DNA from: Octopus vulgaris
Lineage: Eukaryota
NCBI GenBank assembly: GCA_951406725.2
Contig: OX597827.1
Location: 70,246,001 to 70,310,000 of the forward strand
Direction: 5' to 3'
Length of the DNA: 64,000 bases
Every line of letters begins with the position of its first letter. Positions within the stretch are counted from its first letter, which is position 1. Made by a program: the position numbers and the translations under genes. The notes below the pieces were generated by a model. That model worked only from the letters and a program-made list of their open reading frames with translations. It was not told where the DNA came from and made no database searches. This document shows positions 1 through 11,797 of this stretch, in pieces.

Positions 1-246
1 GCCCTACTCTAGGAACAGAAACCTTGAAAACATCCTATAAAAGGAACATGACAACTTAGTTTCTTGAACTGTTCCTCCTTACTCCTGTTTCCCTTCCACT
101 GTCATGTAGTAGTCTTTAAAAAGGGACCATTGGCTATATCAACCTCACTGGTCTTAGAGGGCCAGTGCGGGTTCTTTCAGACCAAACCAAAAAGAATACA
201 TACGTTTCAACAACTAAAAAAGTAATCTGTATGTAGTAATTCAAAC

Positions 247-430
247 TGCTAGAAATAGCTGTCAAATCTCTTTTAAATCACATACTACTATCTTAAAAAA
301 TGATAATATCTTAGACTATAATGGACAACAATATTAGATACATGAGCCTGAAGGAGAAAGATATATGATCAGAGACGAAATGCTTTTGATTATATGTCTA
401 CTCAACCAGGGTTGACCTAGGGCAACTAAA
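247..430 (+). repeat. Old interspersed repeat (retroposon tail-like, ends in (AAC)n); other copies at about 1710-1815(-), 2900-3000(-), 10540-10805(+), 23430-23760(-), 25940-26120(+), 33015-33200(+), 56800-56990(+), 62555-62755(-)
   Basis: Recurrent motif tgctagaaatagcagccaaatctccctcaaatcaca...gggatggtcat...gcctttgatcata...gctaaacaacaac in many diverged copies. Confidence 0.6.
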
Positions 431-697
431 TCAAAAGCTCTTTTTCCTCAACTGAAAGTAATATGAACGCCCCCACCTCTGCCCTGCATAGTCATGGTTG
501 TTTGGCTAAGAAGTACATTTCACAGTCACATGGTCATAGGTTTGATCCTACTGTGCAGCAACTTGGGCAAGTATCTTCTGTTATAACCTCAAGCTGACAA
601 AAGCCCTGTGAGTGGATTTAGTAGATGAAAACTAGAAGAAGTCCTTGATTTAGTTGCATTTGTCAATTGCTATTTTCATCTTATATATTCTACAAAG

Positions 698-1555
698 GCA
701 CAGGTGTGGCTATGTGGTTAAAAAGCTCATTTCAATCTTGGTTCAAGCTTGTTTCAGTCTTGGCTCTATCCTACTGTGTGGTAACTCGAGTAAGTGTCTT
801 CTACTATAACCCTGGGCTAACCAGAGCCTTGTGAGTGGATTTTTAGATAAATGGAAACTGGAAGAAGCACTAGCGTAGCTAGGAGGGGTGGATAGTAGGG
901 GGTGGTCTGCTTTGGGCAGCACTTTTCATCTTGTAGGCTATAAGCCAGAATATATTATATTGAGATAGAATGGTACACAATAATTCCCAATATTATAAAA
1001 AAAAAAACTACTGGAAATGCATGACTTTTGGGTCAGCTGTAGGCAACATGGCTTTTTTGTGGGGTCTGTGAGTGGTGGAAAACGGAAGGACTGCCCCGGA
1101 CGGCATACACTCTAGCTACGCTAGTGGGAAGAGATTTGTCTCACACACACACTCACACTCACAAACACACACACACAAACACACACACTCACACACACAC
1201 ACATGTATGTATGTACTTATATATGCGTGTATGTGTGTGTGTGTATTTAATATAGTGTACATTAAATGATATGTGTGTGTGTGTGCGCGCATGTGTGTGT
1301 GCACGCGTGTGGATGTATGTGTCTGCATATACCCTTGTCTTGACATCAGATAATGGTTGTAAATGAGCATCACCATCACACACATGATGCTGTTCATTTC
1401 TAATCTTCTGATTAAAACATGACTGGTCATGGGGAAGTATTTGCCTTACCTGGAATCGGGTGAAGTTTAGCAACAGGAAGGGCATTCAACCACAGACAAT
1501 ATGCCTCAATAAGTTCTGTCCAACCCATATCAGCGTGGCATACTGGATGTTTAAT
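698..1555 (+). mobile_element. Degenerate tRNA/CORE SINE with RTE-type tail, interrupted by a hAT MITE
   Basis: SINE head (gtggctatgtggt...gccttgtgagtggatt...gaaactggaagaag), CA/TG microsatellite, then tail ...caacaggaagggcatt...caacccatatcagcgtgg. Confidence 0.65.
868..1126. mobile_element. hAT-type MITE
   Basis: Perfect 15-bp terminal inverted repeats (TIRs) cactagcgtagctag (868-882) / ctagctacgctagtg (1112-1126); near 8-bp TSD ggaagaag / ggaagaga. Confidence 0.85.
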
Positions 1556-1816
1556 GGTTTTGCTGAGATATTTCTCTCTCTCTCTTCACTCATTAATTCA
1601 TTTTTAGAATATTTAAAATAATTAGAAATTGTTTACTTTAATTAGATATTTATAATTTCACTAATTATGTATGTATATTATAGGTAGAATATTGAAGCTT
1701 GTAAAGTTGTTATTGTTTAACCTAAAGTGAACCCTAAACAGACCTGTGAGTAGAGGCATTCCAGTAATGAGCTACCTGCCATTTTTTTTTACTAAGCTAG
1801 TATATCTAGAACCATG

Positions 1817-2255
1817 AAGGCGCATGGCTTAATGGTTTGGGTATTTACGGTTGTGAATACCCTAACTGAACGCACGGTCATGAGTTCAATTCCCAGCAAT
1901 GCATTGTGTCCTTGAGCAAGACACTTTATTTCACGTTGCTTTAGTCAACTCTGCTGGCAAAAATGAAAAGTACTGTAGTACCTGTATTTCAAACGGTCAG
2001 CCTTGTTCCACCCTATGTCATGCTGAATCTCCTTGAGAATTACATTAAGAGTATGCGTACTTTATTTTATTTTATTTTATGAAATTTTCCATAGTGGCTG
2101 TGTGGTAAGTAGCTTGTTTACCAACCACATGGTTCTGGGTTCAGTCCCACTGCGTGACACCTTGGGCAAGTGTCTTCTACCATAGCCTCGGGCCGACCAA
2201 AGCCTTGTGAGTGGATTTGGTAGACAGAAACTGAAAGAAGCCCGTCGTATATATG

Positions 2256-2288
<33 letters not shown>

Positions 2289-2735
2289 GTGTTTGTGTGT
2301 CTGTGTTTGCCCCCCTAGCATTGCTTGACAACCGATGCTGGTGTGTTTATGTCCCCGTCACTTAGCGGTTCGGCAAAAGAGACCGATAGAATATGTACTG
2401 GGCTTACAAAGAATAAGTGCCGGGGTCGAGTTGCTCGATTAAAGGCGGTGCTCCACTATGGCCGCAGTCAAATGACTGAAACAAATAAAAGAGTAAAAGA
2501 GTAAAGAGAGAGGCAGTACTAAGATGGGTAGCTTTGCAGGCTGGACAAGACATTGATGAGGCAAATGATAATAATACAGGATGATAAGGATGGGAGAAGA
2601 CAGAGAGCACCCGCTGATCCTCTGCTTCTCTAACTTGCAGAGTGCTCAGCCATATGCATGTTAATTTCATGAGCAGGCTGTTCTGTTAATTGGATCAACT
2701 GGAACCCTCATTGTTGTAATTGACAGAGTGGCAGT
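1817..2735 (+). mobile_element. Second tRNA-derived SINE family, split by a younger SINE and other sequence (head 1817-2055, tail about 2640-2735)
   Basis: A/B-box-like head ggcgcatggcttaatggtt...gagttcaattccc, core gtgtccttgagcaagacactt; tail matches 47835-47948. Confidence 0.65.
2093..2505 (+). mobile_element. Full-length tRNA-derived CORE-type SINE (dominant family here, called type A; octopus OR/OK-like)
   Basis: A box tggctgtgtgg, B box ggttcagtccc, CORE-like caccttgggcaagtgtctt, internal TA/TG microsatellite, 3' hairpin cagtcaaatgactg and (taaaagag)n tail. Confidence 0.9.
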
Positions 2736-2749
2736 TAGTTATATTTATA

Positions 2750-2896
2750 ACCTATTTCTTTACTACCCACAAGGGGCTAAACACAGAGAAGACAAACAAA
2801 GACAGACACACGAATTAAGTCAATTATATCGACCCCAGTGCATAACTAGTATTATTTAATCGACCCCGAAAGGATGAAAGGCAAAGTCGACCTCAA
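2750..2896 (-). mobile_element. 3' half of a third SINE family (Meta-domain-like centre)
   Basis: Matches the full copy at 54637-54866 (gtcgactttgcctttcatcctttcggggtcgat). Confidence 0.75.
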
Positions 2897-3528
2897 CCAC
2901 ATCATTATTCAATATGCCTTTCCTTCTTTTAAGATGATGAGATGCATTATGAGGAAGATTCGTTGCTATTTTTAGCAGGTTAAAAAACCATGTAGAGGCT
3001 CCCCTTCACTGCTCGCGGCTTGTAAAGTGATTTTGGAAGATGAAAGAGTATACTGAACATTTCAACCATTTCCCAAGGCTATTCAGCAAAGAGATTTAGC
3101 TGTGACCTGGATCCTAACTGGGTCATTGACTTGTCTTACCTTTCAGTACCCACCCGAAACAATATTATATGTAACTATTAGCCTTGATGTAGGAAAAAAG
3201 TTCACCCATAGACTACAATACATACAAAGTAATTAGTTGTTTAGTGAGCTTCACAAATAACAGCAACCGCAGGGATTTGAGATGATATTCTTGAGAATTT
3301 TCTGTTGTCTAGGAAGTTTTCTTAAAATACGTACATTATGTAAATAATTCAGTTACAGTAAATATTTCATGGTGAAAGAGTTAATTTACTAACAACAGGA
3401 TATATAAGTAGTGCAGTTACTGTCCTACTAGCAGCAGAGGCAACAGCAGTAACAACAGCAGCAGCAGTAGTAATATGGTAAAAATCTAGAATCCAAGTAA
3501 ATGTTAGCTACATTTCTTAAAAGGGTTA

Positions 3529-3930
3529 GGTGCAAGAGTGGCTGTGTGGTAAGTAGCTTGCTTACCAACCACATGATTCCGGGTTCAGTCCCACTGCGTG
3601 ACATCTCGGGCAAGTGTCTTCTACAATAGCCTTGGGCCGACCAAAGCCTTGTGAGTGGATTTGTTAGATGGAAACTGAAAGAAGACCGTCGTATATGGTA
3701 TGTGTGTGTGTGTGTGTGTCTGTGTCTGTGTTTGTAACCCACCTCCCAACATCGCTTGACAACTGATGCTGGTGTGTTTACATTCCTGTAACTTAGTGGT
3801 TCAGCAAAAGAGAACAGTAGAATAAGTACTAGGCTAAGAAAGAATAAGTCCTGGGATCGCTTCTGCTCAACTAAAGGCGGTGCTCCAGCATGGCCGCAGT
3901 CAAATGACTGAAACAAGTAAAAGAATAAAA
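3529..3930 (+). mobile_element. Full-length type A SINE
   Basis: Collinear with 2093-2505. Confidence 0.9.
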
Positions 3931-4270
3931 TGGATGATAAGATTTACACACAATATGAATATAAATGCATTTTCAACCCAATGGCTCTAGGTTCAATTCC
4001 ATTGTGGCACTCTAGTCAAGTGTCTACTACTATAGCCACAGGCCAGTTAAAGCCTTGTGAGTGGATCTGGTGGATGAAAACAGAAAGAAACCCATCACAT
4101 ATCATATATATATATATATATATATATATAAGTAGGTGAATGAATTATCCTATGTTTATCGTCAGCATGGAAAATTCTTTTAACCGAAACCTGGGTAGCA
4201 AATTCACGTAAGAGTAAAGGAATTTTGTTAACATGTTCGTTCGACTCCATTCTTTCATTTATTCATATAC

Positions 4271-5572
4271 ATCATCATCATCATCATCATCATCGTTTAA
4301 CGTCCGCTTTCCGCGCTAGCACGGGTTGGACGGTTTGACCGGGTCTGGGAAGCCAGGGGCCGCACCAGGCTCCAGTCTGAATCTGGCAGAGTTTCTACGG
4401 CTGGATGCCCTTCCTAACGCCAACCACTCCGTGAGTGGATTGGGTGCTTTTTACGTGCCACCTGCACAGGGGCCGGAGGGTCCGGCATCGTCACGATCGG
4501 TTCGAGCATTTTAACGTGTCAGCGGCACGGGGGCAACGAGGTCCGGGGTACTTTGGGGATCCAGGGTACTTTGGGGATCTGGGGTACTTAGAATGAGTAG
4601 GGGGTATGTGGAATTGCTGCAGAAAGCAGCCCAGGTCTTTGTAGTCACAGCATTTATCGTCACTGAGTAAGGAAGGGTTGGTGTAGGTTCCTAAGAAATA
4701 AAGACATTCGTTATCGTCACTGAGTAACGTTATTAGGTAGAGGAAAGAATACAGATATTCTAGAGTTGAGTTGGGGAGGGGGGGGTCCAGTTGAGGTGGG
4801 TAATATAGGGGAGCAACCAGTGGGGAAGGTTGGGGTAAGGAGGAACGATGGCAGGAAGGGTTGGTGTAGGTTCCTAAGAAATAAAAACGTAGGATATTAC
4901 GAGGCGGGAGGGTGCTAAAGGGGGATAGTCGGAATGAAGCAGTGTCCGGAGGAAGCGTAAGATCGGTGGGCAGTTGATGAGCTATGGCGCTAGCAGCTTG
5001 TCTTTTCACAGTGAAAGCATATGAGGAGAAGGGGTAGTGGGGGGAGGAGGAGGGAGTAGGGCTTACCCGGTGTAGATGAGTAAGGCGTATCCGGTGTAGA
5101 TGGTGAGGACAGGGTATACTGGTATTGGTGGTGGGGGGTGAGGAACAGTGTTCACCAGTATTGGTGGTGTTGGCGGTGAGAACAGTGTTCACCGGTATTG
5201 GTGGTGGGGGTGAGAACAGTGTTCATCGGTATTGGTGGTGGGGGTGGGGGGCGGGGCGCACCGCCAATGGCTGAAAGATGGCTGAAAGATGGGAAGAGAT
5301 GGGATTACGGCTTGAGGTAGCCTCGCCTAAGGTTAAATTTTGTAGAGAGAGAGATAGAAAGATAAATCAAGTTATGGCGAAGGCTTGAAAGTAGCCTTAA
5401 AAGGTTAAATTTTCGTAACAATGTATGAATAAACGTAGTAACAACGAATGGAAATATTAAGATAAATTTTTAAAGAACTTGCTGCGGACATCGATCGGGA
5501 GTTGAAATTTAAGAAGTAAGTTAGTTGAATTGGGAATTTAAATTGTAGAATCGTAATGGTAAGAGGAGGAAA

Positions 5573-5575
<3 letters not shown>
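4271..5575 (-). mobile_element. Retroposon with an RTE-LINE 3' tail (4271-about 4530) joined to a CpG-rich upstream segment with internal repeats
   Basis: (CAT)n + gtttaacgtccgctttccgcgctagcacggg tail as in the RTE copy at 7683-8705; upstream 18-bp and about 33-bp tandem repeats; ends at a (TA)n array. Confidence 0.6.
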
Positions 5576-5653
<78 letters not shown>

Positions 5654-5658
5654 TATAT
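5576..5658. repeat. (TA)n microsatellite
   Basis: Read directly. Confidence 0.95.
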
Positions 5659-5740
5659 GTAATTAAAGGGTAAAAATCATAAAAAATTTTATCAGTGGCC
5701 AGCATATGAAATAGACCTATTTAGGTAAATTCATGTATAG

Positions 5741-5939
5741 AGATTTATAATAGTATAAAATATAATTATAATTAAGGGCATAAAGGCTTCTGTGACTATA
5801 TGCTGAAGATGGACGTTAAATCCGTCTAATCACTTCATAATTCGGAGTGGTTAGACGGATTTAGTGTCTATCTTCAGCATATAGACACAGAAGCCTCTGT
5901 GCCCGTAATAATAATTGTATTTTATACTATTACAAATCT
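5741..5939. repeat. Foldback inverted repeat, about 96-bp arms and 7-nt spacer
   Basis: 5741-5836 is the reverse complement of 5844-5939 with scattered mismatches. Confidence 0.9.
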
Positions 5940-6187
5940 AATATATAAAATAGAGATGTGTGTGTATTCATTTTCATGCGAAAACAGCTTCACCAATTAC
6001 TTCCATACTTGTGATGCATGAATAATTTTAATTCGGACATATAATAGGGTCTTCATTTTAAATTGCATCCCAATTGAAGAATAAATTGAATTTAGAATAA
6101 CAAATTTCTATACAACATATTTTGCTTTTTTCTTCCAATATGTAAGGAAAAATTTCATTCCTGGGCAATGCCGGGTGCCTCTGCTAG
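5937..6187 (+). mobile_element. Non-autonomous Helitron
   Basis: A|TC start (tctaatatataaaa), subterminal hairpin cctgggcaatgccggg (6160-6175), CTAG|T end. Confidence 0.7.
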
Positions 6188-6563
6188 TATATATATATAT
6201 ATATATATATGCTTCCCAACCACATGGTTCCGGGTTCAGTCCCACTGTGTGGTACCTTGTGCAAGGTGTGTGTGTATACATATGAGTGTGTGTGGAACTG
6301 GTAGAATAAGTACCAGACTTTAAAATGATAGGTACTTGAGTCGACTTGTTTCACTAAACCCTTCAAGGCAGGGCCCCAGCATGAGTATGGTTCAATGACT
6401 GATACAAGTAATCACACACACACACAAATGGTTTGACTTTGGTGGTGAATTTGCAATTAAAGGGGAGAGAATCCTCAATTAAAACAGTTTAAGTAGACAC
6501 ACACTCACTATCTCTCTCACACACATTAATTAAAGTGCACAGTATTATATATATATATACACA

Positions 6564-6799
6564 TAGGGTGTTCAAAAAGTCTCTCCGCAGTTAGTATTTA
6601 ATTGTTTTTGGGTGATTCTTGTATACTAATCCTTTACTTGCTCCCCAGAAAAAAAAAAGCGTGGCAGTGTTAAATCAAGTGAACTTGGTGGCCAAAGTCC
6701 CTTTGAAATGATCTGTTCACCAAAAATCTCTTGAAGTAGCACAATGGTGATGCACAGGATGAAAAAAATTAACTGCGAAGAAACTTTTTGAACACCCTG
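6564..6799 (-). mobile_element. Internally deleted Tc1/mariner element
   Basis: About 30-bp TIRs agggtgttcaaaaagtctctccgcagtta / taactgcgaagaaactttttgaacaccct; TA at right flank; minus-strand remnant EIFGEQIISKGLWPPSSLDLTLP (WPPxSPDL motif). Confidence 0.85.
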
Positions 6800-6911
6800 T
6801 ACAATACTGTACACTTTGATTAATATACCCACTCTATTGTCAGATATATGAGTGCATTTTTTCCTGGCTTATGGACTCTTAGACGACTTACACCCCCCCC
6901 CCACACACACA

Positions 6912-7080
6912 CAGTATTTACTCTTGAATAAGTTGCACCCCTAATTTAGAGTTAACTCTTGGTACCAAATTTTTTCCTCTTCATAGTTTTAGTTTTGTCC
7001 TGTGTATAAGTTACACCCCAGTTTTTGGGTGGAGTCATAATCAAGTATAAAATGGTGTGACTTACTCTAATAAAGTTTAG
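6912..7080. mobile_element. Degenerate Tc2/pogo-like MITE (related right end at about 53135-53211)
   Basis: cagtatttactcttgaataagttgcacc ... ggtgtgacttactc subterminal inverted motifs; internal repeat tataagttacacccc. Confidence 0.5.
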
Positions 7081-7091
7081 AATTTTCCACA

Positions 7092-7507
<416 letters not shown>

Positions 7508-8703
7508 AGCGTAGGAGTGGCTGTGTGGTAAGTAGCTTGCTTACCAACCACATGGTTCTGGGTTCAGTCCCACTGCGTGGCATTTTGGGCAAGTGTCTTC
7601 TACTATAGCCTCAGGCCGACCAAAGCCTTGAGAATGGATTTGGTAGACGGAAACTGAAAGAAGCCCGTTGTATATATATATATCATCATCATCATCATCA
7701 TCATTTAGCGTCCGTTTTCCATGCTAGCATGGGTTGGACGGTTCTGCTGGGGTCTGTGAAGCCAGAAGGCTTCATCAGGCCCAGTCAAATCTGGCAGTGT
7801 TTCTACGGCTGGATGCCCTTCCTAACGCCAACCACTCCGTGAGTGTAGTGGGTGCTTTTTACGTGCCACCCGCACTGGTGCCAGCCAGAGCTGGCAAACG
7901 GCCACGAACGGATGGTGTTTTTTATGTGCCACCGGCACGAGGGCCAGGCGAGGCTGGCAACGAACACGAAACGGGGCGGTGCTGGCAACGGTCGCGAAAC
8001 GGAAGGTTCTCTTACATGCCACCGGCACTGGTAACACATCTGCAATTTCCATTGATCGATTTCCATTGATCGATTTCGATTCTGATCCTCACTTGCCTCA
8101 ATGGGTCTTCACAAGCAGAGTTTCGACATGCCACCGGCACTGGTAGCACATCCGCAATTTCCATTGATCGATTTCGATTCTGATCCTCACTTGCCTCAAC
8201 ACGTCTTCACAAGTAGAGTTTTGTGTCCCAAGAAGGGAAGGTATGCATACGTAGGCTGGCTCCATCCCATGTAGAAGGCCACGGGTTGTGGACTCACTTG
8301 TCCTGCCGGGTCTTCTCGCGCACAGCACACTTCCAGAGGTCTCGGTCTCTAGTCATTTCCTCGGTGAGACCTAAAGTTCGAAGGTCGTGCTTCACCACCT
8401 CGTCCCAGGTTTTCCTGGGTCTGCCTCTTCCACAGGTTCCCTCAACCGCTAGAGTGTGGCACTTTTTCACACAGCTATCTTCATCCATTCTCGCCACATG
8501 ACCATACCAGCGCAAACGTCTCTCTTGCACACCACAACTGATGCTTCTTAGGTCCAGCTTTTCTCTCAAGGTACTTACACTCTGCCGAGTGTGAGTACTG
8601 GCATTACACATCCATCGGAGCATACTGGCTTCATTTCTAGCGAGCTTACGCATATCCTCAGCAGTCACGGCCCATGTTTCACTGCCATGTAGCATGGCTG
8701 TTC

Positions 8704-8739
<36 letters not shown>

Positions 8740-9072
8740 TCATCATCGTTTAACGTCCGTTTTCCGCGCTAGCACGGGTTGGACAAAAATATCAGTGCCC
8801 CGGGTGAGGTATATATATATATATATATATACATATATATATGTAGGCGTGTGTATATGTTTGTGTGTCTGTGTTTGTTCCCCTGACATTGCTTGACAAC
8901 TGATGCTGGTGTGTTTACGTCCCCGTAACTTAGCAGTTCGGCAAAAGAGAACCGATAGAATAAGTACTAGGCTTACAAAGAATAAGTCCTGGGGTCGATT
9001 TGCTCAACTAAAGGCGGTGCTCCAGCATGGCCATAATCAAATGACTGAAACAAGTAGAAGAGTAAAAGAGTA
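7508..9072 (+). mobile_element. Type A SINE split by RTE insertions (head 7508-7680, tail about 8810-9072)
   Basis: Head ends at its TA tract and the tail resumes after the nested LINE. Confidence 0.8.
7683..8705 (-). mobile_element. 5'-truncated RTE-clade LINE: ORF C-terminus (8294-8705) plus 3' UTR and (GAT)n tail
   Basis: Intact reading frame VRTAMLHGSETWAVTAEDMRKLARNEASMLRWMC...RRLRWYGHVARM...GRGRPRKTWDEVVKHDLRTLGL...DRDLWK, typical of RTE post-RT C-termini. Confidence 0.92.
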
Positions 9073-9304
9073 ACATAACATCAGGTTTTGTGAACCTGAT
9101 GTATAAACACCATCTAGGCAACCTCAAAGCTCCTTCTTCATAATTTTATTGTCACGTCTTTGATATCAATATCCATCTTATTATCATTATCTTTGTCATC
9201 ATTGTTGTCGTCATCACTACCATCCTCTTTTACAGCACGATTCTTACTATGAGGGATCAGCATGTTTTACATCCTTGTCAGCATCACTTTGCATACATTC
9301 ATAT

Positions 9305-9335
9305 CACTACCACACTACTACTACTACTACTACTA

Positions 9336-9390
<55 letters not shown>

Positions 9391-9435
9391 CACTGCTGCT
9401 GCTACTGCTGCTGCTATAACCATCACTACTACTAG
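9305..9435. repeat. (ACT)n/(GCT)n trinucleotide microsatellite
   Basis: Read directly. Confidence 0.95.
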
Positions 9436-9969
9436 TTATATATCATGTTATTTGTAAGATGTGTCTTTTTATAGAAAAAGTTAGTGCCAAGACACTAATA
9501 CTGTTAATTAATCAAGTGTAACGAGAAGAGGTAAATATTGTTTAACAATGCTTAATTAAACTAAAGAAAGATAAAGAAGACAACCTCCGCAAGAAAAAAA
9601 ATTTCAAAGATGTGTTGACACACCAGTTATAACATGTTTATAACTCTGCGTAGTGGCGTATACACGTAATTGTTTTAGTTGAAAATTTTGTCAGTAGGTT
9701 AACCTTTTCACAACCCACAGATGCAGGCAGCACTGTAATAAATATTACAGTAAACTTCCTAAATAACATCATATTTATAAAGATTTGTGCGCAATATAGA
9801 AAACTTCTGGCGGCACCATGCTAGTTTCTTTACAGCAACTGCTTGTGCAGTTATGAAAAATGCTTTTGTTATTTTTGTTATTGTTATTATTATTGTTGTT
9901 ATTATTATTGTTGTTGTTATTATCATCATCATCATCATCATCATCATCTTGATCGTCATCATCATCATG

Positions 9970-10128
9970 GTGGTGAGCTGGCAGAATCATTAGCATGCCG
10001 GGTGAAATGCTTAGCGGTATTTCGTCTGCCGCTACGTTCTGAGTTCAAATTCTGCCAAGGTCAACTTTGCCGTTCATTCTTTCAGGGTCAATAAAATAAG
10101 TACCAGCTGATGTAATCGACTAACCCCT
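9970..10128 (+). mobile_element. Third SINE family, partial
   Basis: ggtgagctggcagaatcattagcatgccgggtgaaatgc...ctgagttcaaattc...ggtcaactttgcc. Confidence 0.8.
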
Positions 10129-11119
10129 CTCATTGGTTTGTATAAATACTGTTATCAATGAGTGAATTCTTACTACCCCTTGTCTTGTAGTCACAGTTAA
10201 TAGTGTGTTGGTGGTGGTGATGGCAGTGGTGGTTGGGGTGAAGGTAAAAATTTGCAACCCAGTTTGGCTTGCTGGTTGCAGCTAATTTTCTTCTCTTATT
10301 TTGGTAAAAAAAAAAAAAGAAAACAACATAATTCAATATTTTCTCATCTTTCCATGTAATTCTCACTGCAACTCCCACCACCACCACCACCACCACCACC
10401 ACCATTTTTATTGCTGCTGCCACCACCACCACCACCACTACCATCTGTAAGCCAACAGGTCACAGGTCCTTAATGTGCATAAATACATTGATTTATTGAG
10501 TTTATCTATAAATATCTTGTCTAAACACTGGTGTTGTGATACCATAATTCCCACAAACCAATGAGAGCTTCTACACGATTGCTTGATCTGCTAGAAATGG
10601 CAGCAAAACCTCTCTCATCAAATCACATCCTACCAAGCTAAAAAAAGAAAATTAAGGAAGGGCACATTGGTTAATTTAGTCAGAGATATTCTATGTTTAG
10701 TGATAAAAAAAAGAATAAAAAATGGGAGAGAATGGTCACCATTGGACTGCCTTAGATATGAGTTCTTTTCAAGCAGAGCTTTCTTGGGGTTAAACAACAG
10801 CAACAAACAAATGATAGTGATATTTTTTATTAACATCATCTTTAAGAATTACACGTTTGTTGTTGTTACCCTTATTTCATCACCCCCACCTCAAATACAT
10901 TCACTATCAACAGCTATATGAGCCAACGAAGGAAGTATATGCAGTCACTTCATTTCCAAGAAGTAACAGCCTAATCTCCCTCATATCATTCTTGTTTTTT
11001 ATTATTGTTTGTCTTATGCTCTAGGGTTCATAAGGCCCAAGATCACAACGCTCCCGCTGAATGGGATTCCAGTCCATTGCTGGAGGAGACAAGTCAATTA
11101 CATCAACGCTTGACTAGTA

Positions 11120-11510
11120 TTCTTTTATTCTCTTATTCTTTTATTTGTTTCAGTCATTTGACTGTGGCCATGCTGGAGCAACACCTTTAGTTGAGCAAAT
11201 CGACCCCAGGACTTATTCTTTATAAGCCTAGTACTTATTCTATCGGTCTGTTTTGCTGAACCGCTAAATTATGGGGATGTAAACACACTAACATTGGTTA
11301 TCAAGCAATGGTGAAGGGACAAACACCCACACACACACACACACATACAACAGGCTTCTTTCAGTTTCCATCTACCAAATCCACTCACAAGACTTTGGTT
11401 GACCTGAGGCTATAGTAGAAGACATTTGCCCAAGGTGCCACGTGGTGGGACTGAACCCAGAACCATGTGGTTGGTAAGCAAGCTACTTATTACACAGTCA
11501 CTCCCGCACC
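11120..11510 (-). mobile_element. Full-length type A SINE nested in a third-family SINE (which resumes 11518-11650)
   Basis: Reverse complement of 2093-2505. Confidence 0.88.
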
Positions 11511-11764
11511 TATAAACTTTATTTTATCGACCCGAAAGGGAAGAAAGGCAATGTTGGACCTCAGCAGAAGTTGAACTCAGAATGTAAAGATCCAGAAGAA
11601 ATGCCACTAAGAATTTTGTCCAATGTGTTACTGATTCTACCAATTTGCTAAAATCATTGAAAAGTATAGTCCTAGTTACACTGTGCCCCTGATCAGATAT
11701 CATAATCAGGAAATACGTGAGGAATTGAAGCTAAACAGCAACAATGACTATAAATCATCATCAC

Positions 11765-11797
<33 letters not shown>

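Noticed and set aside
2093-2170. tRNA gene
   Set aside because: The A and B boxes belong to a multi-copy SINE head and no complete cloverleaf is evident
3140-3212. Minus-strand exon-like segment (ttgtag|...aag|gtaaga)
   Set aside because: Stops in all three frames and no partner exon identified
4491-5192. 233-aa Pro-rich ORF
   Set aside because: Lies on a C-rich, stop-poor strand with internal repeats, has no true ATG start or recognisable domain, and runs into the RTE 3' UTR
7850-8030. CRISPR-like repeat-spacer pattern (tttttacgtgccaccggcac units)
   Set aside because: Degenerate modules of a LINE 3' UTR in a eukaryotic genome, with irregular spacing and no cas genes
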